This document shows, one piece after another, positions 49,016 through 57,800 of a stretch of DNA of 64,000 nucleotides; within the stretch, counting starts at the first letter, position 1; every line of letters begins with the position of its first letter. The DNA is taken from the NCBI GenBank assembly GCA_963817685.1, contig CAWFPN010000010.1:450852-514851 (forward strand), read 5' to 3'. Both the position numbers and the translations under genes were made by a program. Below the pieces are notes generated by a model that ran no database searches, was not told the origin of the DNA, and saw only the letters and a list, made by a program, of their open reading frames with translations. Source of the DNA: an uncultured Verrucomicrobiae bacterium (GTDB lineage: Bacteria > Verrucomicrobiota > Verrucomicrobiia > Palsa-1439).

Positions 49016-49033
49016 TGTTCCCGTTTGGGAACA
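49016..49033. promoter_or_regulatory. ICE operator palindrome, site 3 (TGTTCCC-GTTT-GGGAACA)
   Basis: Lies in the 140-bp gap between the divergent relaxase and accessory/ParA/T4CP genes, 33-50 bp upstream of the likely relaxase ATG (49066). Confidence 0.6.
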
Positions 49034-49065
49034 CAATTTCCCGCGAAGTGAGGTATCCGTCGTCC

Positions 49066-51696
49066 ATGCTGTCGCCCAAAACACAGTACCGTCTGGCTAA
49101 TGCCAAGGAGTACTTCGAAGAGCACCTGTGTGCGGGTGATTATTACAACGAAGGACAATCCATTGCCGGACAGTGGTTCGGCAAAGGCACGGAGTCTCTC
49201 CAGATCACGGGAGTGGTTCAGCGTGAGGAGTTCCTCCGTCTTTGTGACAACCTCGATCCCCGCAGCGGCAACCGGCTGACGCAACGACTTAAGACGACCC
49301 GAACCTTGGCTGGAGACGCCGGGGAAGTACACGAGGTGGCGAATCGCCGCGTGTTCTACGATTTCACCTTTTCACCTCCCAAATCGGTTTCGATTGCCGC
49401 GCTAGTCGGACGCGACTCCCGCATTGTGGAAGCCCACAACCGCGCTGTCGTGGAGGCACTTGAGGAATTGGAGCGGTTCGCTGCCACGCGGGTCCGCGTC
49501 CAGGGGAGTTTCTCGGATCGAACCACCGGAAATATCGTCTGCGCCGTCTTTCGACATGACACCTCGCGCGCCTTGGACCCGCACCTGCATAGCCACTGCA
49601 TCCTGTTCAACGCGACGTTCGATCCAGCAGAGAGCCGTTGGAAGGCGTTACAGAACTTCGAGATGCTGCGAGCCCGGAAATACGTCGAGAACGTCTATTA
49701 TCATACGCTGGCACGGGAACTCGCCGAATTCGGATACGAAGTGAAGAACCATCCCCGTGGCGACTTTGAAATCAAGGGTGTGTCTCCGGAACTCTGCCGG
49801 CGGTTCTCGAAGCGCCATCAGGAGATTGATGAGAAGATGCAGGCGTTGCTGGCGGAGAAACCACACCTGCGCGATGGCAATGTGAAGGACATTCGCGAGG
49901 GCATTGCCCAAAGCGAACGGATGCGCAAAATCAAAGGGATTCGTCTGGAGGAATTGAGGCGTCACTGGGACAGCCAAATCTCCGCCACGGAGAAGCAGGC
50001 CCTTGTCAGTCTGAAGAACGGCTCGCCCAAGCGGGACCAGCAAATCGGGAGTGGTGCGCTGGCCGCAGTGGCTTGGGCAGAGGAACACTTGTTCGACCGT
50101 CGCTCGGTTGTTCTGGAGTATGAACTGTGGCGGCATGCCCTGGAGCACGCCCGTGGCCAGAACATCACGATTGAAGAGTTGCAGCAGGCCACTCGGGATC
50201 GCGGCTACATCCGCGACGAACGCAAACCGCACAATATCACAACCAAAGGCACTCTGGAGCGGGAATGGGAAATCGTTTGCCTGGCGAAAGACGGCATTGG
50301 GCACTTTCGCCCCCTGGCCTCCGGCTATGCCCTTCGCGATTCGAGACTGGACTCAGGCCAACGTGCGGCGGTTGATCAAATCCTGAATTCTCGCGATTTC
50401 ATCACGCTGTTTCGCGGCGGAGCCGGCACGGGCAAAAGTTACGCCCTGCGAGAGGTACGCCGTGGACTGGAGACCGCCGGTCATCCGATTCAGGTCATCG
50501 CGCCGCAACGCCAGCAAGTCATCGGCTTGGAGCATGATGGATTCCAGCGCGTTCAGACCGTCAGCGAGTTTCTGACGAAACAGCGCATGCCGCCAGGTGC
50601 GGTCGTCATCGTTGACGAAGCCGGCCAGATCGGTGCCAGGCAAATGCAGCAATTGCTCCGGTATGTCCGTGCCAATTCTGGCCGGGTCATCCTCAGCGGG
50701 GACACGCGCCAGCATGGAGCCGTGGAAGCATCGGATGCTTTGCGCGCGATTGAGAAGTACTCGGGCCTGAAGGCGGTGGAGTTGAATGAGATTCGCCGGC
50801 AAGATCCGGCGCGGGGGCACACGCGCGCCGAACGGCACCGGATTGAACAATATCGGCAAGCCGTCAAGGAGGCATCCGAGGGGAATTTTGTTGGCTCTTT
50901 TGACCGCTTGGACAAACTAGAAGCCATCGTAGCGTGTTCGCTGGCCGACCAACAAGATCGGCTGGCCGAATATTACATCAATCTGGCTGCGGACAGGCAG
51001 TCAGTGGTGGTGGTCTCGCAAACCTGGTCGGAAATCCACAAGGTAAACGACCGGGTGCGAGCAACCCTGAAATCCCGTAAACTGCTTGGTGCGGAAGACC
51101 GGACAGTCACCGCGCTCGAACCGGTCGATTTGACCGATGCCCAGAAACGCGATCAACGCTCGTATACGACTGAGCGTGTACTGGTGTTTCAGCGCCCAGC
51201 CGCAGGGTTTGAAAGGGGTGAAGTGGGACGTTTGCTGGCCATTACGCAAAGAGGTCTGGTGGTCGAAAGCGCGGACAAGGTTCGGACTGTACGCTTCAAG
51301 CAAGCGGGTCACTTCACTGTGTGCCAAATGCGTCAGCTTCCTCTGACGGGTGGGGACCGGCTCCAACTGAAGGCCAATGGCCGAACCCGGCAACGGCAAC
51401 GGTTGGTGAACGGGGAGTTGGTGACCGTGCAGAAAATCCAGGCCGATGGGCGGATTAAATTGCAGGACGGCCGGGTTCTCGAAGCGGATTATCGCCAGTT
51501 CGTGAGAGGGTTCGCGATCACGTCGTATGCGTCACAGGGCAAGACAGTCGAGTATGTCCTGTTCTCCGATTCGGCGGTCAAGGCCGCCACCAACCAGCAG
51601 CAGTGGTACGTGACAATTTCGCGGGGGCGCAAGGGGATACAGGATTTTTACCAGCGACAAAGAGCAACTGCGGGAGAACATCCGCCGGTCCGGTGA
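49066..51696 (+). CDS. MOBF (TrwC/TraI-type) relaxase fused to RecD-like helicase; C-terminus appears frameshifted
   Basis: N-terminal ..YFEEHLCAGDYY.. and 3-His motif ..HDTSRALDPHLHSHCILFN... Walker A ..FRGGAGTGKSY.. and ..VVIVDEAGQIG... From ~51640 the family-typical ending YVTISRGRKGI-RIFTSDKEQLRENIRRSGDRELALD continues in the +1 frame. An alternative start is at 49048. Confidence 0.85.
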   Translation: MLSPKTQYRLANAKEYFEEHLCAGDYYNEGQSIAGQWFGKGTESLQITGVVQREEFLRLCDNLDPRSGNRLTQRLKTTRTLAGDAGEVHEVANRRVFYDFTFSPPKSVSIAALVGRDSRIVEAHNRAVVEALEELERFAATRVRVQGSFSDRTTGNIVCAVFRHDTSRALDPHLHSHCILFNATFDPAESRWKALQNFEMLRARKYVENVYYHTLARELAEFGYEVKNHPRGDFEIKGVSPELCRRFSKRHQEIDEKMQALLAEKPHLRDGNVKDIREGIAQSERMRKIKGIRLEELRRHWDSQISATEKQALVSLKNGSPKRDQQIGSGALAAVAWAEEHLFDRRSVVLEYELWRHALEHARGQNITIEELQQATRDRGYIRDERKPHNITTKGTLEREWEIVCLAKDGIGHFRPLASGYALRDSRLDSGQRAAVDQILNSRDFITLFRGGAGTGKSYALREVRRGLETAGHPIQVIAPQRQQVIGLEHDGFQRVQTVSEFLTKQRMPPGAVVIVDEAGQIGARQMQQLLRYVRANSGRVILSGDTRQHGAVEASDALRAIEKYSGLKAVELNEIRRQDPARGHTRAERHRIEQYRQAVKEASEGNFVGSFDRLDKLEAIVACSLADQQDRLAEYYINLAADRQSVVVVSQTWSEIHKVNDRVRATLKSRKLLGAEDRTVTALEPVDLTDAQKRDQRSYTTERVLVFQRPAAGFERGEVGRLLAITQRGLVVESADKVRTVRFKQAGHFTVCQMRQLPLTGGDRLQLKANGRTRQRQRLVNGELVTVQKIQADGRIKLQDGRVLEADYRQFVRGFAITSYASQGKTVEYVLFSDSAVKAATNQQQWYVTISRGRKGIQDFYQRQRATAGEHPPVR

Positions 51697-51823
51697 CCGC
51701 GAATTGGCCTTGGACATGGCTGGTGGTGCCTTCGGCGAACGGCGACGGCACGTCCCGATTAGCGTGAAGGCTATCGACAAAACACAAGCGCATCGGACAA
51801 TCAACTTCAGTTTGAGGAAACCT

Positions 51824-52202
51824 ATGAAACGAAACCAAAGTAAGGACGCACCTTCGGGTGACCTGCCGAAAAGGAATTTTCTCTCATGGAACAGAGCCGT
51901 TCAGCCAAGGTGTTTGCGGGTCGAATTGGCTGACGGAACCTTCTTTGTGCTCCCGTATCAACACTCTGGTCTGCGTGAGATTTGAGCCGGGAACCGACGA
52001 CACGATCAACGTCACCATCGCTCTGCACGAGGTGAAGATCGCGGGCAAGAACTTGCGCGAACTCGCCTTGGCGTTTCAAAAGTTCACGGTCGATTGGGTG
52101 AAGGAATTACCACCGCGCTACGCGGCGGCTGCAAATGGCGAGGGCGTCCATATCGCCAGCATCGCGGTCACCAAAATTCAAGCGCACACGACCGTACTAT
52201 GA
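51824..52202 (+). pseudogene. Small ICE protein, frameshifted
   Basis: GAGGAAA precedes the ATG at 51824. Frame 1 reads MKRNQSK...LRVELADGTFFVLPYQH, then stops. Frame 2 (ORF 51858..52202) continues LVCVRFEPGTDDTINVTIALHEVKIAGKNLRELALAFQKFTVDWVKELPPRY... A one-base offset lies at about 51961-51970. Confidence 0.55.
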
Positions 52203-52286
52203 CCGTAACTCATCGCTTTTCGACTTGTACTAAGGCCATAAAGCCCTTATGGTATAGCACGGGCGGGGAGAAAAGGGATTTGGCGT

Positions 52287-52994
52287 ATGCAACGCGAGGA
52301 GTCAGCGAAGTCTGAAGTGCCGCGCAAGCGGCAAGCGTTGGTCGTGGACGATCATCCCTCCGTGCGGATGGCGTTGCGAATGGTGATCAATGGCCAGGCT
52401 GACATGGTCGTCTGCGGTGAGGTTGAGGATGCGGGACCGGCGTTGGCAGCCGTCGAGCAGTTGTGCCCGGACATCATGATCGTCGATATCGCGCTGAAAA
52501 GATCACACGGGTTGGATTTGATCCGCGATGTGCATATCCGGTATCCGCGGCTGCCGGTGTTCGTCCATTCCGCACACAACGAGGAGTTATACGCACCGTT
52601 GTGTTTCCATGCTGGGGCGCGCGGGTACATGAACAAGGGCGAGGATGTGCAGACGATCGTACACGCCATCCGAACCGTGTTGGATGGTGAGGTCTACCTG
52701 AGCGCCCGGATGTTTAAATGGTTTACCAGTTGCGCGTTGACCCATGAAACCGTTGACTTGCGACACCCCTTAGGCATTCTCAGCCCACGCGAACTGCAGG
52801 TCTTCGAAATGTTGGGCCGCGGCCTGGACATTAAGCAGATCGCCACGCAACTCTCGCTGGATCACAAGACTGTCGAGTTGTACCGACAACGCATTAAGGC
52901 CAAGCTCGGAGTTGACTCGGCTCCCGCCGTTCTTCGGGCCGCCGTTCTGTGGTGTAATTCACCCGCGGCAGAGACCGAATTGACCCCCGTCTGA
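52287..52994 (+). CDS. NarL/FixJ-type response regulator (REC + LuxR HTH), orphan
   Basis: ..ALVVDDHPSVRMAL...IMIVDIALKRSHG.. plus ..LSPRELQVFEMLGRGLDIKQIATQLSLDHKTVELYRQRIKAKL... It is a paralogue-like match to the regulator at 10685-11437. Confidence 0.85.
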   Translation: MQREESAKSEVPRKRQALVVDDHPSVRMALRMVINGQADMVVCGEVEDAGPALAAVEQLCPDIMIVDIALKRSHGLDLIRDVHIRYPRLPVFVHSAHNEELYAPLCFHAGARGYMNKGEDVQTIVHAIRTVLDGEVYLSARMFKWFTSCALTHETVDLRHPLGILSPRELQVFEMLGRGLDIKQIATQLSLDHKTVELYRQRIKAKLGVDSAPAVLRAAVLWCNSPAAETELTPV

Positions 52995-53265
52995 TGGCTT
53001 GAAGCGCGTGTGCCGATCCCTCTCCGGTGACAGGCTGCCTAAATGAAGGCGGTACCGGCGTCCGCAACGATCAGTACCGACCTACTCCTTTGACCTACAC
53101 GAGAATCTTCTTTAGCCCGTCATGACGGATTTCGTGCGCCGATGTAGAACAGGTGCACGAGATGATCGCTGAGACCATACCACTGAGAATCCTACCTGCG
53201 CAGCACAGTGCGCTCGTCATCCCCACAGCTGGAGCACCCGTTGTGTGGAAAGCGTCGGGAGACAG

Positions 53266-53580
53266 ATGAAGTACCTGAATATGGTGGGGCCTCAGGTGCG
53301 GAGGCTGAGGTATGCGAGGGGGTGGTCGCAGGAGTTGCTCGCGACGAAGCTGCAGATCCTGGGATGGGACATCGACCGTGTGTGCGTCGCCAAGATCGAG
53401 TCACGGCTGGTCTATGTGGACGATTATGAGTTACCCTACTTCACCAAGGTGTTCAACGTCAGTCTAGTTGACCTCTTCCCCAGAATCGATCCGCAACGCC
53501 GGATTCACGAGGTTGTGACAGAGCTGATGCAGCGCAGACCGTCCTCTGGAGTAAAGCAAGTCAGGACACAAAGCGGTTGA
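53266..53580 (+). CDS. XRE-family HTH transcriptional regulator
   Basis: ..VGPQVRRLRYARGWSQELLATKLQILGWDIDRVCVAKIESRLVYVDDYELPYFTKVFNVSLVDLF... GGGAGA lies 5 nt before the ATG at 53266. The listed GTG at 53245 is an alternative start. Confidence 0.75.
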   Translation: MKYLNMVGPQVRRLRYARGWSQELLATKLQILGWDIDRVCVAKIESRLVYVDDYELPYFTKVFNVSLVDLFPRIDPQRRIHEVVTELMQRRPSSGVKQVRTQSG

Positions 53581-53896
53581 CAGCACCCCGACTACGGTCC
53601 CATAACAACGACCGACAGAGCCGGAAGCAGTCGCGCTTCTAACCCGTTCGCAGGGAGCCGGGCGGTGACAGCGCCGGATTTCCCGAGGTTGATCGGGGGA
53701 CAGCACTGGATGTGGGTGGCCCGTGTGTTGAAGCGTTCGGATGGCTTGTCCGCCGTAGCTTCAGCGAAGGAGGATAAGCGAAACCAGCCTGCCCTCGTGC
53801 AGGCTGTGATTAGCGAGAAGCTGGGTCCGGAACTTGTGCAGTGGAAATAGCCGGCATCTTGCCTGCTATTGGTTGGCACATTTGACACCTACGGTC

Positions 53897-54871
53897 TCAT
53901 AAGTAAACGCCAAAGCCAAATAAGCCCATCACAATAAACGTTTGCTGCCCGGCATCAGCATTCCCGTAAAGGAGGATCCTCGCCTCCCACATTCCATTAC
54001 CTGCAGGCCTGAACAAAGGCAGCCCGGGCCTTACATTCATTTTATCAGCGGTTTCTGATGTAGAGCTAAAGAGGCGAAGCACCCCCGTTCTCTGCTCGAA
54101 ATCCAAAAAAAATGCCAAGGCCGTTGTCCCGGACATCACGTCCTCCGTTCCAGCTGCGATCTTGTCGACTGTGTTGTCGGCGCTATCAATATATCGCCTG
54201 TAACCCCACATATCGTGTGCACTGATCTCTTCCCAGTCGCGCGTGCTAATCACATTGCCAGAAGCATTATTGTTTGTTGCCAGGATTGTGGTCATCTCTT
54301 TAACGGCGTCTACAGTATTGCCGACTACTACAAACGAGCGACCGACCTGGGCGGCGTAAAACGGCATAGGTTCCGGGTGCCCCTCAGTGCCTCTTACCGA
54401 CCACTTCCATATGGATGACTCGACTTGCGTTGCAAGAGGGGACTTGCCGATTATTTCGCCAATTGCAAATGCGGTTCGTTCTGGAAGTACCAGCACATAG
54501 CAGAACTGCGATTGAACGTCGCCGAGGCCTGTAGGTCCTGAAGGGGGCCGAAAGTCCTTCGCGCCAATTAAAACAGCGTCTGCATTATTGAGTGTCTCTG
54601 TAGGAACCTGCGCGCCAAGTGCACCAAGTCCTCCTAGAAGATCAGCGAAGGGCATGCCCGCGATTCGTCTCTCTTCTTCGGATAGCTGATGAGGCACGCT
54701 GGAGACCCCCAAGAGGTTTGCCTTGCTATAGAAAACAGTCTCATAATTTGCGTAAAGGGCTGACGCAGCCTCCGATTGATTCGTTCTGTTTTCATGTTGC
54801 ATGCATCCGCAAAACAGAATGGCTACAAAGGCTGATATTGTGCATAATATACGGGTAGAATTCACAGTCAT
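53897..54871 (-). CDS. Lipoprotein, candidate immunity protein for the upstream RHS toxin
   Basis: An internal ATG at 54871 gives the lipobox MTVNSTRILCTISAFVAILFCGC. The gene starts 19 nt after the RHS stop and its DNA is A/T-richer. No family recognised; the immunity role is inferred from position. Confidence 0.5.
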   Translation of the reverse strand: MTVNSTRILCTISAFVAILFCGCMQHENRTNQSEAASALYANYETVFYSKANLLGVSSVPHQLSEEERRIAGMPFADLLGGLGALGAQVPTETLNNADAVLIGAKDFRPPSGPTGLGDVQSQFCYVLVLPERTAFAIGEIIGKSPLATQVESSIWKWSVRGTEGHPEPMPFYAAQVGRSFVVVGNTVDAVKEMTTILATNNNASGNVISTRDWEEISAHDMWGYRRYIDSADNTVDKIAAGTEDVMSGTTALAFFLDFEQRTGVLRLFSSTSETADKMNVRPGLPLFRPAGNGMWEARILLYGNADAGQQTFIVMGLFGFGVYL

Positions 54872-54890
54872 TCCTCTGGCGATCCTCCCG

Positions 54891-57800
54891 TCACCGGGAG
54901 GCGCCCCACCAAGCGTCCCACCCATAACTTCCGTGAGGGGCAGGAACACTAAAGCCTGCCGATCTAGCGAGGTAGTGCGCCGCCGTGTTGCTGTTTGCGC
55001 CCTGCATAGCATTGTATTCCACCTGATCTTGCGGCCAAGTCTTTGCTGCCTGAATTAGTTTATCTGCGGCAGCGCCGTTTTCCAATGAAATTCCGCTGTC
55101 CCACGACGTTCCAGCTGTTATGTTGTCAATGCCACCGTAAATGTCATTGCTGATAGAAATGTCCAAACAACCACCGCGAGGCCAACCAGAAATTATATAT
55201 TGCTGGCCATCGCTACCCTGTACATACCAAAAACTGTGCGTGCCCCCTACAGCTTGGGCTCGCCAATCGTCGACAGATCTCGTTTTCAATTGGCCGAAGC
55301 CGTCGGAGCCTCCATTATCCTGATTCGGATTATCAGACCCGGCCCCAGGTCCTGCCATGTCATTTGAATGGTTAATGCCCGTCTGGTCCCCCCCGCCATC
55401 GAGTGACTGTGGTTGGCCTGCCGAGCCCTGATCAGATGGGGAACCCTGTGCTGCAGCGGCTGAGGCGATGCCGTAGACCAGTGAGGCGACACTGACTCCC
55501 AGCGCTGCCCAGCCCAGGTTGGCGCTTAGGTTTTGATCGCCGGCCAAGCCGGCGCTAATCGAGGCCAGCGACAATGCTCCGGCGGCGATGAGCCCGATGC
55601 CTGCCGGGGCGGTGGCCGGCGTGCAGCACAAGATCGCCCCCACAACGATATCCGCCACGCCCTCAACAACGGCCACCGCCGTATTGAACTCCTGAACGCG
55701 GGCTGCGGCGAATTCGACAATGAGCACCGCGGCGATTGCGTAAGCCCACCCGTATGGCGACGCATACGCGACGACGATGCCGGCCAATTCCCAGCCTGAG
55801 GCGTGGTGAAACTGGTCCGCAATGGAATGCCAGGCGCCGGTCAACCAGTTGCCGTGGCCGCTGGGGTCGGTCTGGTTCAGGGGATTGTTGTGGACGTAGC
55901 TGTAGCGGTTGTAATCCTGCGGATTGGCCGGGTCGGTCACCATCGAATCGGGTTGGGTGAACCGGCCGATAACCGGATCGTAGTAGCGGGCGTTGTAGTA
56001 GTAGAGGCCGGTGTCGCTATCGAAGATCTGGCCGGTGTAACGGTTGGAGACCTGGAAGGCGGACGAGTTGTCGGGGGCCTGTTGCTGGCCGAAGGCTTTA
56101 TAGCCGATCCGATCGACCTGATTGCCGCTGCGGTCGGTCAGGACGCTGGAACTGCCGAGTTGATCGGGGTGGTAGTAGTAGAATACCGGCGAATACTGCT
56201 GGGCGTCCACCTGCGTGGGTGTGACGGCCAGCCAGGTGGCGACGATGAGGAGGATGGAGATGAATTGGAGCCAGAGGGGGTAGGCGCGGAGGTGCAGACG
56301 GGCGTAGCGACGTGACAGGGCAACGCCAAAGTCGGACGGAAGAGATCCCTCGACAGGCTCGGGATGACGACCGAAGATCGCGCTCGGAAGAGCGCTCCTA
56401 CGGAAGGCTGGCCGGCGACAGCTCCGGACGCCGGGTGGGGTCACCCGGCCTACAACTGCACGGCGGCGGCTGAAGATGGAGGCGCAGAGGATGCCGACCA
56501 GGGGGATCAAGGCGGCGGTTAATGGGGTGCGGTTTTCCTGCAGGGGCCAGGTGGTGGCGACGTTGAAGGCGGTGCTGCAGGCGGCCAGCCAGGGGGTGCG
56601 CTGGATGAGCTGGCAGACGGGCGAGGTCACCTCAAAGGTGGCGACTCGACGGGAGCCGGCCAGGACATGACACAATTTCTTGCCCGCCTTGATCTCGTAG
56701 ATGCCGCCGATCCAGACGTGCAACCCGCTGGTGCTGCTGATTTCCCACAACCGCGCCCCGCCGTCGGCGTAGCCGAATGTTACGTACGAGCCGTCCTTGT
56801 TGGTGACGGCGACCAACTGGTTTTCCTCGTCGTAGACCAGCACCTGGCCATTGCGGTTGGTCATGTTGCCGTTGGCGTCGTAGGAGAACGAGGTGCCGTT
56901 GCCGACGCTGGTCACCGCATGCGGCCGGGCGAGGTCGTAGGTATACGACCCCGTCCCGAATTCGGTGCCGGACTTGATGTTGCCCAGACCTTTGGGGTCA
57001 TAGGTATTGTTGTAGGTGGCGCCGGCGAGGGTGTACCCGGTCAGTTGATAGAGCCCGTCATAGGTGGCGCTTAAGAGCGCTTGCGAGCCTGCCCCCGTAT
57101 CCGCGCCTTCTTGAATCCCGAGAATGTCGGACATGGCATCATAGGTGTACCCCAGGCTTTGAAGGGTCACGCTGGTTTTGGTGGTGATGATGTTGTTGAG
57201 GCGTTTGGAGTTGGTGTAGTAGTTCAGCGTGGTCTGGACACCGTTGCCGAAAACCATATTGGTCAACTGTCCCACCTCATTGAAGCCGTTTGCCGTATAG
57301 AAGGTCTCATTGGAGCCGGTGCCACAGGTGCTTTGGACCTGCTGCAGATGGCCCGCCGTGTCGTAGCTGTACTGGATGGCGGCAGTGTTTTCCGGGTAGC
57401 TGACGGAGGTGACGCGGTCGAGTTCGTCGTACTGGCTTTGGACGGTGTAATCGGTGTCGTTGGTGTTGAGATGCCGGGTGGCTTTCAGCGCGCGCCCGCG
57501 GATATCATAACTTGCCTTGACCGTTCCCTGCCGGTCTGTGAGTTTGTACAACTGGCCTTTGAAGACGGTGTAATTGGACGGGTCATCGCTCACATCCCAG
57601 GTGTTGCTGACGGTGGCGACCAGTGTTCCGCCGGCATTGTAAATGAATTTACGCATCAAGCGGCCCAGCGGGTCGCCGGAGTAATCGAAAGTGATCACCT
57701 GCTGTTTGTTGTCTTTTTGCAGGGTCATGCGGCCCGCGGAATCGAAATTGTAGGACCATGTTCCCATGTCCGGATCGGTCATCTGGCGTTTCCGCCCCAG

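Larger units (their letters stand above)
22096..53580. mobile_element. Integrative conjugative element (boundaries approximate)
   Basis: Carries integrase, excisionase, methylase/SNF2 helicase, a VirB2-B10-like T4SS block, VirD4-type coupling protein, ParA, MOBF relaxase and XRE/LuxR regulators. The att repeats were not identified by eye. Confidence 0.7.

Noticed and set aside
53592-53888. 98-aa minus-strand ORF in the gap between the XRE gene and the lipoprotein gene
   Set aside because: The translation contains ..SFAEATADKPS.., a signature I associate with translated dispersed repeat DNA. There is no RBS or family features, so it is treated as non-coding.
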